Source: a virus
Taxonomy: Duplodnaviria > Caudoviricetes
Virus record (IMG/VR): IMGVR_UViG_3300021399_000147
Coordinates: 8,894-72,893 of that record
Direction: 5' to 3' (one strand)
DNA length: 64,000 bases
Both the position numbers and the translations under genes were made by a program. Below, in pieces: positions 1 through 9,326 of this stretch; position 1 is the first letter of the stretch; each line of letters begins with the position of its first letter. The notes beneath the pieces are model-generated. The model was not told the origin of the DNA, did no database searches, and saw only the letters and a list, made by a program, of their open reading frames with translations.

Positions 1-10
1 TAAGCCTTAA

Positions 11-27
11 AAATATGTTATATAATG
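11..27 (+). promoter_or_regulatory. Sigma-A-like extended -10 promoter (AAATATGTTATATAATG class)
   Basis: Identical motif at 3862-3878, near-identical at 5742-5758; related motifs near 37036, 59990 and 62965, always upstream of + strand genes. Confidence 0.7.
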
Positions 28-67
28 TTTGTGTTGAGAAGCTACACAAAACGAGAGAGGAGAAAAC

Positions 68-547
68 ATGAAACAGCTATTTGAAGATGAAAACGCAAAA
101 AACAATCCTATGGGGGATGACACTAAGTATTCTAGGGCAATACGTGTACCACAGTATGAGCCATCTAATGAAAAGCCCAGTCTTGAATCAGTCTATGACC
201 TTACTAAGTATAGTAAGCTAATGGCTAAAATCAATAAGTCTGGAGTATCAGAAGAAGAAAAGAAATTCCTTAAATTTGCCGCAACACGACACATTGTATT
301 CACTTATAGTAAGATAGCAGATTACTATGCCCATTCAGATAAAGAGATGCAGGAGCTTATGGAAGAGTCTGCATTAGTTATCTTAGATATAGATGATGCA
401 ATAGCTAATGGTTATGTAGCTCTGTCTGAGAAAATGAAACAGCTTATAGAAGAAGAAAAGGCAAGAGATGCTAAAGCTAAAGATGCTAAGAATATTCTAA
501 AAGCACAGAGAGAGCTGGCAGAGAAGAAAGCTAAGGAGAAAGTATGA
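68..547 (+). CDS. Conserved phage protein typically paired with TAGT/GREB1-like glycosyltransferases
   Basis: 159 aa; motif RHIVFTYSKIADYYAH recalled from phage base-modification loci; overlaps next gene (ATGA). Confidence 0.55.
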   Translation: MKQLFEDENAKNNPMGDDTKYSRAIRVPQYEPSNEKPSLESVYDLTKYSKLMAKINKSGVSEEEKKFLKFAATRHIVFTYSKIADYYAHSDKEMQELMEESALVILDIDDAIANGYVALSEKMKQLIEEEKARDAKAKDAKNILKAQRELAEKKAKEKV

Positions 548-1395
548 ACAAACTTGATGATTTTGCAGTAATGATATTATGTCATGGCAGAGCAGAAAAT
601 GTTCCTACTTATCCAACACTAAGAAAATATGGATATAGCGGTAGAATAATTGTAGTTTGTGATGATGAGGACACAGACTTACCTAATTATCAAGCTATAT
701 ATCCTGAAGTGCAAGTATTCTCAAAACAAGAAGTATTAAAATATACCGACCCTATGGATAATAAGCATGATATGAGATGCGCAGTATACGCCAGAAATGC
801 TTGTTTTGACATAGCGGAAAAAGAGGGAATTAAATACTTTGTAGAGTTAGATGATGATTATGTAGGAATGCCATACAGATATGAAGAAGATGGTGTAATG
901 TATCGTAGTACATTAGCCAATCTTGATAAAGTATTTGAGGCTTACATAGATTTCTTAGAAACTAACGAGAACATCTATTCAGTAGCATTTGGACAGCCTG
1001 GGGATTTCATAGGGGGAGTAGGAAGTAGACTGCATCAGATGAAGTATAGAAGAAAAGTCATGAATAGTTGGATATGTAAAACTGAAAGAAGATTTACATT
1101 TAATGGTACTATGGAAGATGACTTTTTAACTTACAGTTTATTAGGAAGTCAAGGTAAAATCTTTATTACTTTTGATTTCATAATGATAGACCAGCCAGAA
1201 ACTCAGCAAGTACAAGGTGGAATGACAGATATGTATTTAGGTGCAGGTACATATCAGAAATCTTGGTACGGAGTATTATGTTGTCCATCATTTGTAAAAA
1301 TAGGTATGATGGGAGATAGGCATTATAGAATACATCATCAAGTAGAACATGAATGTGCTTACCCAATGATTATATCAAGTAAATACAAAAAATAG
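544..1395 (+). CDS. TET-associated (TAGT/GREB1-like) GT-A glycosyltransferase, putative DNA base modification
   Basis: N-terminal ILCHGRA, ARNACF, LDDDY DxD motif, MEDD motif, QQVQGGMT motif. Confidence 0.7.
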   Translation: MNKLDDFAVMILCHGRAENVPTYPTLRKYGYSGRIIVVCDDEDTDLPNYQAIYPEVQVFSKQEVLKYTDPMDNKHDMRCAVYARNACFDIAEKEGIKYFVELDDDYVGMPYRYEEDGVMYRSTLANLDKVFEAYIDFLETNENIYSVAFGQPGDFIGGVGSRLHQMKYRRKVMNSWICKTERRFTFNGTMEDDFLTYSLLGSQGKIFITFDFIMIDQPETQQVQGGMTDMYLGAGTYQKSWYGVLCCPSFVKIGMMGDRHYRIHHQVEHECAYPMIISSKYKK

Positions 1396-1406
1396 GAGGA
1401 AAGATA

Positions 1407-2525
1407 ATGAAATTCACAACAAACACAGCACAGTTTCAGAACATGGTAGCAAAAGCAGTAAAGGGAGCGGGTATGAATAATGACTTATTCATTACTCAGC
1501 TTATGTCAATATCATTAAAGGACAATGTATTGACACTAACAACAACAGATAGCAATAACTATCTGTATGTCAAACAGCACAAGGTAGCAGGAGAAGATTT
1601 TTCAGTAGTAGTAGCAGTAGATAAGTTTGCAAAGCTCATTTCCAAGCTTACTTGTGAAGAGGTAACTCTTGAAATTCCTACTGCAAAGCAGGGTGAGTTA
1701 GATAAGTTAGTGATTAAAGGTAATGGTAAGTATGTCATTGAATTACCTTATGATGAAGAGGGTGAACTGATTGACTATCCAAATCCACTTGAAGCAGATA
1801 GTGAAAAATTCTGGAGTCATTCAGAAGTAAAGTTATCCACTATTAGACACATTCTTTCAACAGCTAAAGCCGCATTGCTTGTAGGTAAAGAAGATATGTG
1901 TTATTCAGACTATTATGTAGGAGATAGGGTAGTAGCAACAGATACATATAAAATCTGTGGTATTGATGTAAAAATCTTTGATGAACCTAAACTTATCTCA
2001 TCTCAGCTCATGGATTTACTTGACGTAATGACACAGGAGAACATTGAGGTAAGATATAATGATGATACAATCATCTTTGATACAGGTGATGTTACTGTAT
2101 ATGGTAAGTCAGATGAGGGTGTAGAAGAGTATCAGATTGATGCTATCTCAGGACTTCTTGATGAACAGTTCCCAAGCTCATGTAAGATAGAGAAGTCACC
2201 ACTGTTACAGATGCTTGACCGTCTATCATTGTTTGTAGATGTATTCGATAAGAATAGTGTATACCTTACTTTCACAAAAGAAGGACTTCAGGTATCATCT
2301 AAGAAAGACAGTGGTTCAGAGTTAATTCCATATAAAGAGAGTGATAACTTTGCAGACTATACCTGCTGTCTTGATATTGACCTTTTTAAGACACAGGTTA
2401 AAGCCTATCAGTCAGATGTTATCGAGATTCTGTATGGCAAGGAAAATAGTGTAAAGTTTGTGCTTAATAGTACAAAGCAGGTTATCGCCCTTGCAGATGA
2501 TGACAGAACAACAGAGGAAGAATAA
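1407..2525 (+). CDS. dnaN: DNA polymerase III beta sliding clamp
   Basis: 372 aa; three-domain clamp pattern (LTLTTTDS, VVATDTYKI, LLQMLDRLSLF). Confidence 0.85.
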   Translation: MKFTTNTAQFQNMVAKAVKGAGMNNDLFITQLMSISLKDNVLTLTTTDSNNYLYVKQHKVAGEDFSVVVAVDKFAKLISKLTCEEVTLEIPTAKQGELDKLVIKGNGKYVIELPYDEEGELIDYPNPLEADSEKFWSHSEVKLSTIRHILSTAKAALLVGKEDMCYSDYYVGDRVVATDTYKICGIDVKIFDEPKLISSQLMDLLDVMTQENIEVRYNDDTIIFDTGDVTVYGKSDEGVEEYQIDAISGLLDEQFPSSCKIEKSPLLQMLDRLSLFVDVFDKNSVYLTFTKEGLQVSSKKDSGSELIPYKESDNFADYTCCLDIDLFKTQVKAYQSDVIEILYGKENSVKFVLNSTKQVIALADDDRTTEEE

Positions 2526-2543
2526 CTCACTATGACTAGATTG

Positions 2544-2572
2544 AGGGAGAGTTAAATACTCTCCCTTATTTT
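2544..2572 (+). terminator. Intrinsic terminator
   Basis: AGGGAGAGT-TAAAT-ACTCTCCCT followed by TATTTT. Confidence 0.75.
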
Positions 2573-2588
2573 AACTGAAAGGATAATT

Positions 2589-3383
2589 ATGAGTAGAGAT
2601 AGTCTAAAGAATGTTTCAAGATTGATTTCATTGGCAAGTAAAGAGATGCCAGTAGAAGAATCCTTTTTAGAGGATTATAAAAGAAGTGTAGAACTCACAG
2701 CTAATAAAGATAGAGGTTTATCTTCACCAACATTTAAACCATCGTCACTTAATTGTAAGAGAGGATGTTGGTATCAGATAATGCAAGTTCAGCCTGATGA
2801 AGGTAATACATCTTTTAATATGGTAGGTATATGTGACTCAGGTACTGATATCCATGTGAGAACACAGACAGCAATCATGCAGATGAAAGATAATGGCATA
2901 GATTGTGAATGGATAGATGTAGAAGAGTATATAAAAGAACATAACCTAGACTATCTGATAGTGAGGGAGAAAAAGGGTACAGAAACGAAACTTTATGATA
3001 CTAGATATGGTACATATATTAGCTTTATGTGTGATGGTATTATAAAGTATAAAGGTAAATATTACATTGTAGAGATAAAGACAGAAAGCAGTAGTAAGTG
3101 GTATGGTAGAACAGATGTGGATAAGAAACATTATCATCAGGCAATATCATATTCAAACAGCTTTGGTATAGATGATGTATTATTTATCTATCGTGAAAGA
3201 GATTTATTAAATACGAAGGTGTTTAAATTTCATGTTACAGATGATATGAGAAAAGACCTTGTAGACTTCATTACAGATGTACAGGGTTATGTAGAACGTA
3301 AGATAACTCCACCTAAAGAAGATATACCAGCTGTGAATTGTCGTTACTGTGCATATTCAGCACAATGTAAGAAGGATAAATAA
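2589..3383 (+). CDS. Cas4-like PD-(D/E)XK exonuclease
   Basis: PSSLNC, GTDIH, CDGII..VEIKT, HYHQAISY and C-terminal CRYCAYSAQC. Confidence 0.8.
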   Translation: MSRDSLKNVSRLISLASKEMPVEESFLEDYKRSVELTANKDRGLSSPTFKPSSLNCKRGCWYQIMQVQPDEGNTSFNMVGICDSGTDIHVRTQTAIMQMKDNGIDCEWIDVEEYIKEHNLDYLIVREKKGTETKLYDTRYGTYISFMCDGIIKYKGKYYIVEIKTESSSKWYGRTDVDKKHYHQAISYSNSFGIDDVLFIYRERDLLNTKVFKFHVTDDMRKDLVDFITDVQGYVERKITPPKEDIPAVNCRYCAYSAQCKKDK

Positions 3384-3395
3384 AAGGGGGATAAT

Positions 3396-3851
3396 ATGGC
3401 AAAAGTAAATCGTGGTAAAGACTTTGAACATCAAGTAAGAGAAGGATTACAAAAAGTACCTAATACAGAGGTATATAGATTACCTGACCAGATTACTTAT
3501 CGTGTGGGAAGTAAAAATCCATGTGATATGTTCGTATTTCATGCTCCGCTTTTCTATGCCATAGAGTGTAAGTCTGTCTATGGAGACAGACTTCCCTTTG
3601 CTAATATCTCAGAATATCAGTGGTCAGAGTTATTGCGTATGTCAAAGCTGCCTGGAATCGTTTCCGGTATACTGTGCTGGTACATTGATAGAGATAGAAC
3701 AGTATTTATTCCAATTCAATTCCTCGAGACCCTAAAGCAAAATGGAGCTAAGAGTATTCGATATGATGCAGATGACAGTCATCTTATAGATATAAAGGGT
3801 AAAAAGAGGAAAATACTGTGGGATTATGACTTTTCAGCATTTCTCCTATAA
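3396..3851 (+). CDS. recU: RecU-family Holliday junction resolvase
   Basis: NRGKDFE N-terminus, PCD..F, AIECKS, ISEYQW. Confidence 0.8.
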   Translation: MAKVNRGKDFEHQVREGLQKVPNTEVYRLPDQITYRVGSKNPCDMFVFHAPLFYAIECKSVYGDRLPFANISEYQWSELLRMSKLPGIVSGILCWYIDRDRTVFIPIQFLETLKQNGAKSIRYDADDSHLIDIKGKKRKILWDYDFSAFLL

Positions 3852-3861
3852 ACACCATAAT

Positions 3862-3878
3862 AAATATGTTATATAATG
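3862..3878 (+). promoter_or_regulatory. Sigma-A-like extended -10 promoter
   Basis: AAATATGTTATATAATG, identical to 11-27. Confidence 0.65.
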
Positions 3879-3905
3879 AAAGAAAAAACAGAAAGTGAGT
3901 GTGTT

Positions 3906-4118
3906 ATGGGAGAAATTGTAAAGTTTGAATTAGGGTGTAAGCATTGCGAGAATTTATCTAGGATAGATAAAAACACTTATGTTTGTTTAGCATTATTACA
4001 TAATGACGATAGTGATGTTATACCTGTAAAAGACGGCAGAAAAACTGATGATTGGTGTGCTTGTGATGGTGATGATTTTGTAAGAACATTAAACAAGAAA
4101 CATTTACACGTAGATTGA
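3906..4118 (+). CDS. Small Cys-containing hypothetical protein
   Basis: ORF with CxxC; ATG 3906 chosen because the ORF-track start lies inside the promoter. Confidence 0.6.
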   Translation: MGEIVKFELGCKHCENLSRIDKNTYVCLALLHNDDSDVIPVKDGRKTDDWCACDGDDFVRTLNKKHLHVD

Positions 4119-4131
4119 AAGGAGAAGAAGC

Positions 4132-4632
4132 ATGGCAATATCTAAAGAATTATTAGATAAGATAGAGTCAAATTCAGAAGAGCTGGATAAGACCATAAAT
4201 GAAATTACAGAAATGTATTCAGGTGAACTTGATGAATATATGAGATTTGTATTAGGTATTCTTAGAGATGATAAACAGCCACCTACTGATGAAGAGTTGG
4301 ATGACTTTGTTCTTAGATTATCTTCACTCATATATTTTACAAGTGTTGGTGCAGAACAGATGGGCATAAGAGATGATTTATCCCACACTGCATATAAAGA
4401 AGCATATAATACCGCTCGTTCATTATTGACAACAGGTACTGTAGCTGATAAAAACGCACAGGCAGAGCTAGATGCATTAGCTGAACACGTAGTACATCTG
4501 GTATATAACAAGTCATATAAGATTTTGAAAGCAAAAGTAGAAGCGGCACAGGAAGTATTATCTTCTATAAAGAAGGTAATAAGCCGTAGAATGAGCGATT
4601 TCACTACATCTCAGTTAGATGTTAATAAGTAA
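4132..4632 (+). CDS. Helical protein, possible UvsY-like recombination mediator
   Basis: 166 aa, helical, directly upstream of recA; UvsY similarity is inferred from pattern and context only. Confidence 0.4.
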   Translation: MAISKELLDKIESNSEELDKTINEITEMYSGELDEYMRFVLGILRDDKQPPTDEELDDFVLRLSSLIYFTSVGAEQMGIRDDLSHTAYKEAYNTARSLLTTGTVADKNAQAELDALAEHVVHLVYNKSYKILKAKVEAAQEVLSSIKKVISRRMSDFTTSQLDVNK

Positions 4633-4644
4633 GGGAGGATAATA

Positions 4645-5700
4645 ATGGCTAAAGAAGCTAGACCGTCACTTGATGATGTTATAAAGAAAATCAATAAAGA
4701 TTCGGGTTCAAATATAGTTGGATATGGTATACCTAAGAGAGAATACACAAGAATACCTTTCACATCTCCTAGAATGAACTATTGTACTTATGGGGGAATA
4801 CCTACAGGAAGAATAGTTGAGTTTTTTGGTGAAGAAGGCGGGGGTAAGACAACATCAGCACTTGATATTGTAGGTAACTATCAGCGTATGCAGGCGAATG
4901 AAGAACATCCTAAACGAGTAGTATATTTCGATAATGAGAATACTTTGGATGTACTATGGGCAGCAAAATTAGGGGTAGATGTAGATTCACTAATACTTAT
5001 TCAGCCAGAAGAACAGAGTGCCGAAGAACTGTTGGAAGATGTATTAGATATGATGAGAACAGGCGAAGTAGGGTTAGTTGTAATTGATTCAATTGCAGTA
5101 TTAGTATCAGCACAAGCTATGGAAAAAACAGTTGCCGACAAAACATATGCAGGTATATCTATGCCACTTACAACATTCGGTAATAAAGCTAATATGTTAT
5201 GTAAACAGCATGATTGTACTGTAATAGGTATAAATCAGTTAAGAGATGATTTAGCTGCCATGTACGGTAATGCTACAAAAACGCCTGGGGGAAGAGCATG
5301 GAAACATCTGTGTTCTGTAAGATTACAGTTTACAAAGGGTGCATTTATTGATGAAAAGGGCAATGAGATAAAGCGAAGCTCAGAAAGTCCTGCGGGCAAT
5401 AAAGTTCTTATGAGTATGGTTAAAAATAAAACTTGTCCATCAAATAGAAGGGGTGGATATTATACAATCGATTATGCTAATGGTATAGATTACTTAGCAG
5501 ACTTGATAGAAGTAGCTCTTAAATATGACCTCATATTACAGAAAGGCGCATGGTTCTCAGTTATAAATCCAGATACAGGAGAGATATTAGCTGAAAAGAT
5601 ACAAGGTATGTCTAACGTTAGAGAGTTTTTCATGGATGAGGTTAACGAGCCTACACTTGATTTTGTAGAGCAGTATATAGACAGTAAAATAGGCATGTAA
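4645..5700 (+). CDS. recA: RecA/UvsX recombinase
   Basis: GGIPTGRIVEFFGEEGGGKTT Walker A, VVIDSIA Walker B, INQLR, TPGGRAWKH. Confidence 0.95.
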   Translation: MAKEARPSLDDVIKKINKDSGSNIVGYGIPKREYTRIPFTSPRMNYCTYGGIPTGRIVEFFGEEGGGKTTSALDIVGNYQRMQANEEHPKRVVYFDNENTLDVLWAAKLGVDVDSLILIQPEEQSAEELLEDVLDMMRTGEVGLVVIDSIAVLVSAQAMEKTVADKTYAGISMPLTTFGNKANMLCKQHDCTVIGINQLRDDLAAMYGNATKTPGGRAWKHLCSVRLQFTKGAFIDEKGNEIKRSSESPAGNKVLMSMVKNKTCPSNRRGGYYTIDYANGIDYLADLIEVALKYDLILQKGAWFSVINPDTGEILAEKIQGMSNVREFFMDEVNEPTLDFVEQYIDSKIGM

Positions 5701-5704
5701 AAAT

Positions 5705-5731
5705 AAGCGGGAGATTTCATTCTCCCGCTTT
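5705..5731 (+). terminator. Intrinsic terminator
   Basis: AAGCGGGAGA-TTTCAT-TCTCCCGCTT hairpin after recA. Confidence 0.75.
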
Positions 5732-5741
5732 ACTATTATAT

Positions 5742-5758
5742 AAATGTGTTATATAATG
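5742..5758 (+). promoter_or_regulatory. Sigma-A-like extended -10 promoter
   Basis: AAATGTGTTATATAATG just downstream of the terminator. Confidence 0.65.
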
Positions 5759-5795
5759 TTTAATATAAAATGTGTATAAACAGAAAGGGGAGACA

Positions 5796-5945
5796 ATGAA
5801 AGAAATTTTACAAAAGTGGTCAGGTAAGTTTGAAATTAACAATGAAATCTATACAGACTTACATGATGTGGAATTGAAAGACGGAGAAGATTTTCATATC
5901 ACGTTACTTTCAAAAAGACGGGAGGTGAGTGATATTGAAGATTAA
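5796..5945 (+). CDS. Hypothetical protein (49 aa)
   Basis: AAAGGGGAG RBS; manually translated ORF MKEILQKWSG... Confidence 0.55.
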   Translation: MKEILQKWSGKFEINNEIYTDLHDVELKDGEDFHITLLSKRREVSDIED

Positions 5946-6201
5946 ATGCAATCCTGAAGATTGCGACAACTGTCCGTACTCAGATTGTATAGGGGAAATT
6001 AAAAAGAAACCGGGCAGAAAAGCTCTACCACCAGAAGTGTTAAAAGAACACAGGCGAGCTTATGATAGACAATATTATTTAGCTCACAAAGAAAAACATA
6101 ACGCATATTATAGGGAGTATTATAAGAGGAAAAAGTATGAAAAAGCGAATAGTCGAAACTCTAGTTGTGGTAAGTTTCCTGACACTTCTAATAGTCAGTA
6201 A
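5929..6201 (+). CDS. Hypothetical basic protein with Cys cluster
   Basis: GGAGGTGA RBS; CNPEDCDNCPYSDC and K/R/Y-rich tail. Confidence 0.6.
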   Translation: MILKIKCNPEDCDNCPYSDCIGEIKKKPGRKALPPEVLKEHRRAYDRQYYLAHKEKHNAYYREYYKRKKYEKANSRNSSCGKFPDTSNSQ

Positions 6202-6706
6202 TAGAAATACTGCTATAGATGAAAAAGATGTTGCCGAGAGTCAAACTATCATAGATACGATTGAACCAGAGCTGTATGCTGATTTTAGTAATTATACAAT
6301 AATAGCTCACACAACATTTACAGATGAACAGGAAGAACTGAGAAACGAGATACTATATGGGGAACTTGAAGAGGCAGTACTTGTAGTTCAAGCAGAAGCG
6401 GGGAATCAAGATGAACTTGGTAAAAGATATGTTGCAGATGTAATATTTAATAGGCTGGATAGTGAAGATTTTCCAGATACTGTACATGAGGTAGTATATC
6501 AGAGAAATCCAATTCAGTTCGCAACAACAGTAAATGGTAGTATGGATGTTGCCGCATATAATGTGACAGAAGATGTATTTCAAATAGTATTAGAGGAATA
6601 CATAAACAGAACAAATTCCGACATAATCTACTTTAGGACAGAACATTATAGCACAGATGGAAAGCCTGCATTTAAGCACGGTGACCACTTTTTCAGTACG
6701 AGGTGA
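6137..6706 (+). CDS. SleB/Hydrolase_2 family cell wall hydrolase with N-terminal signal or anchor
   Basis: VQAEAGNQ catalytic Glu motif, VADVIFNR..S..FPDTVHEVVYQ, QF, IIYF, GDHFF. Confidence 0.88.
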   Translation: MKKRIVETLVVVSFLTLLIVSNRNTAIDEKDVAESQTIIDTIEPELYADFSNYTIIAHTTFTDEQEELRNEILYGELEEAVLVVQAEAGNQDELGKRYVADVIFNRLDSEDFPDTVHEVVYQRNPIQFATTVNGSMDVAAYNVTEDVFQIVLEEYINRTNSDIIYFRTEHYSTDGKPAFKHGDHFFSTR

Positions 6707-6833
6707 GAACATGACAATAGTAGATATGATGGAATTAGGGCTAATGTTTCTAAAAGTAGTGCTTGAAATATTAGTAGCAAACATAATATCCGCAGAAACA
6801 TTAAACTTAATTGATTTTATTAAAGAGGATTGA

Positions 6834-7049
6834 ATGAATAGGAGAAGCGAAAAACTAGACCAATATCTCAATAAGCAAGTTGAAATCACATTTATTGATG
6901 GAGATATTGTGACAGGAATTTTAGAATTTGACAGACCATATTGGGGACTAAAATTTGGTTCAAATCAATATTCAATAACACGCAATGGCACACATATGTT
7001 TTTTAGAAAAAGCCATGTAAAGAACATAAAGGAAAGTGAGAAAATGTAA
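6834..7049 (+). CDS. Hypothetical protein, Sm/LSm-like beta fold possible
   Basis: LNKQVEITFIDGDIVTGIL pattern. Confidence 0.55.
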   Translation: MNRRSEKLDQYLNKQVEITFIDGDIVTGILEFDRPYWGLKFGSNQYSITRNGTHMFFRKSHVKNIKESEKM

Positions 7050-7301
7050 ATGCTTTGGGAAGAAATGGAAAGATACACAAAACTCACAGGAGAAGATGCA
7101 ACTCATGTGCCAATAATAAAATTAGGAGCTTATCTTGATGGATATGAAAAAGGTATAGAGGTGCTAGACAAGATAAGAGCCGAGATAGAGGAAACATATA
7201 CGAATATTACTTATCAAGAAAACAGAGATAGAAAAGCAACGTGGGGATTAAGAAAGGCTTTAGAGATAATCGACAAGTACAAGGCAGAAAGTGAGGAATA
7301 A
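7050..7301 (+). CDS. Hypothetical protein with LDKIRAEI module
   Basis: Shares LDKIRAE..LEIIDKYK.ESE with 18307..18597. Confidence 0.65.
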   Translation: MLWEEMERYTKLTGEDATHVPIIKLGAYLDGYEKGIEVLDKIRAEIEETYTNITYQENRDRKATWGLRKALEIIDKYKAESEE

Positions 7302-7302
7302 T

Positions 7303-7494
7303 ATGTATGCATCAAAATTAGTATCGTTAATTTTTGTATTTTTAGCAGTATGGATGGGGGTATCTCATGTATTGATAGGGTTGACTGATATAGGTGGATA
7401 TAGGAGTATTAAGACAAAGAGTATAGCATTGATAGTACTTATCTTATTTTTAGTTTTAATGAGAATTTCAATATTTTTGATGATGGGAGAATAA
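7303..7494 (+). CDS. Small membrane protein
   Basis: Two hydrophobic segments; ATG after GTGAGG RBS. Confidence 0.55.
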   Translation: MYASKLVSLIFVFLAVWMGVSHVLIGLTDIGGYRSIKTKSIALIVLILFLVLMRISIFLMMGE

Positions 7495-7495
7495 A

Positions 7496-7681
7496 ATGAA
7501 AATGACAGTAAAGCAACTAATAAATAAGTTAAAGAAATATCCCGAGGATGCAAAGATAGTTGTAGACAATGACGAAAGTTATTTTAGTGGTACATATTTT
7601 GCTACCAGTGTTGAAGAATATGAAGAAGGTACGGTATTGATAGCTACAGACTATAAAAAGAGGTTAGAAGAATGGGAATGA
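7496..7681 (+). CDS. Hypothetical protein
   Basis: MTVKQLINKLKKYPEDAKIVV, a common phage small-ORF pattern. Confidence 0.65.
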   Translation: MKMTVKQLINKLKKYPEDAKIVVDNDESYFSGTYFATSVEEYEEGTVLIATDYKKRLEEWE

Positions 7682-7983
7682 CGATTGATGAAGCTAGGAC
7701 AGCACTAGGAAAAGAACGAAAATATGCACTTCACGAAAATAAGCAAGCCTTTGATATAGCTATTGACACTATGAAAAACTATCAAATGATGGAAGCCGAC
7801 TATGAAGCAAGATTAAAGGCTGATATGGTGGCTATGCTTACTGATATACAGTTGAGGATTGAAGAATTAGATACACCTCCTGCATATCAAGATGAAGATT
7901 ACTTTTTGATTGGCACAAATAAATGTAGCGAACTTATCCAACAGAAAATAGACAAACTGAAAGGAGTAGCAAATGATATTTGA
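7672..7983 (+). CDS. Hypothetical protein with DYEARLKADMVAML module
   Basis: Module shared with 8093..8443. Confidence 0.65.
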   Translation: MGMTIDEARTALGKERKYALHENKQAFDIAIDTMKNYQMMEADYEARLKADMVAMLTDIQLRIEELDTPPAYQDEDYFLIGTNKCSELIQQKIDKLKGVANDI

Positions 7984-8092
7984 TTTAATCAATAATGGTG
8001 CAGACCCATCATCTGTAATAACACTAACAGTATTGGCATTTGTATGTGGGTTTTCAATAGCAACATTTATCCATAGGATAGGGAGGTAGAAG

Positions 8093-8443
8093 ATGGGAAT
8101 GAGAATTGATGATGAAATCTATGTACATGGTTATTTGGATGAAATACGACAGGATAAAGTAATAGTCAGAAATGAGGGCGGCTATTTTGGAACAGTAGTA
8201 GATGAATTAGTAGAAGCAATTCCAAAAGCCGACTACGAAAATCGCTTAAAGGCTGACATGGTGGCTATGCTTACAAAGTTAAAGGAAGAGATAAGTGACT
8301 ATCACGAAATTGGTTGTGATAAAGATTGTAATAATTGTCGTATGGTGGCCTGTATCGAGCCAGCAAACGTTATTAAAGATTTAAATATTATCCAACAGAA
8401 AATCAATGAATTAAAAGGAGAAAAAGATGATAAAGATAATTAA
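8093..8443 (+). CDS. Hypothetical protein with DYENRLKADMVAML module
   Basis: Module shared with 7672..7983; GGAGG RBS. Confidence 0.65.
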   Translation: MGMRIDDEIYVHGYLDEIRQDKVIVRNEGGYFGTVVDELVEAIPKADYENRLKADMVAMLTKLKEEISDYHEIGCDKDCNNCRMVACIEPANVIKDLNIIQQKINELKGEKDDKDN

Positions 8444-8600
8444 AAAAGGAACAAAACAGACAGTAGAATGTGAAAGATGTGGATGCCTATTTAGTTTTGA
8501 TACCAATGATATAAATTATGGTAATCAACATGACCCTGAAAGAACTATTAACTGTCCACAGTGTACATATAAAATTGATTTATGGGAGTATGAACAATGA
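8427..8600 (+). CDS. Zinc-ribbon small protein
   Basis: Manual translation MIKIIKKG..CERCGC..CPQC; AAGGAG RBS. Confidence 0.65.
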   Translation: MIKIIKKGTKQTVECERCGCLFSFDTNDINYGNQHDPERTINCPQCTYKIDLWEYEQ

Positions 8601-9013
8601 ACAGAGCACAGAGAAGATTACAGGCAGTACAACAGAGAAAGAGCGAACTTACAGATAAGGAAAGGCAGCTAAACGAAAGATTACATAACTACTATCAAAA
8701 ACAGCTCAATGAATTGGTAGATAAATATAATAAAGAGTTAGAAGAGATGGAAGAAGAGTTACAACATGAGAGGGAAAATAATGTAACTAATGACTGGTAT
8801 TGGTTTTATGCAAACTTATGTTTAACTCTTAAAGATGATTACCACAAGAATAATGATTATATTGCCAAGTTTGTTGATAAGATGGAGAATCGTCTAAGAG
8901 GTTTCAAGAATACAGATATGAGCCGTGATGAATTGATAGCAATGTGTAGTGATAAGTGCGGTATTATTCTATGTGATGAGGAGGACGAACACTGTGAGCA
9001 AGACAATAAGTAA
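8597..9013 (+). CDS. Hypothetical protein (MNRAQRR start, coiled coil)
   Basis: ORF track; typical phage MNRAQRR N-terminus. Confidence 0.65.
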   Translation: MNRAQRRLQAVQQRKSELTDKERQLNERLHNYYQKQLNELVDKYNKELEEMEEELQHERENNVTNDWYWFYANLCLTLKDDYHKNNDYIAKFVDKMENRLRGFKNTDMSRDELIAMCSDKCGIILCDEEDEHCEQDNK

Positions 9014-9326
9014 GTTCTTATTAGTAATAATTATGTGCCTAATGCTATCAGGGTGTGAAGATAAAGAGTTAATTAAAGATACTGTAATAGATTGTAGATA
9101 TAATGAATCTTACACAGAAACAGTTACCGATTACGATTATAAATATAATCTGCATGAAAGTAAGTGGGAGTTAGTTCCTGATATTCACACAGAGTATCAT
9201 CCTGAAAGCTATGAGCTATACCATGAATATACATATTCAGATGGCAGTACAAGAAGAGTATGGACATACTGTACTAGAGGAGAATATTTAGCTACCTCAA
9301 AGGAGTTATATGGAACAGACTATTAA
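8949..9326 (+). CDS. Putative lipoprotein
   Basis: Hydrophobic stretch ending in lipobox-like LSGC; true start uncertain. Confidence 0.55.
   Translation: MISAVLFYVMRRTNTVSKTISKFLLVIIMCLMLSGCEDKELIKDTVIDCRYNESYTETVTDYDYKYNLHESKWELVPDIHTEYHPESYELYHEYTYSDGSTRRVWTYCTRGEYLATSKELYGTDY

Noticed and set aside
2589-3383. CRISPR adaptation gene cas4
   Set aside because: No cas1/cas2 or array nearby; context is a phage recombination module
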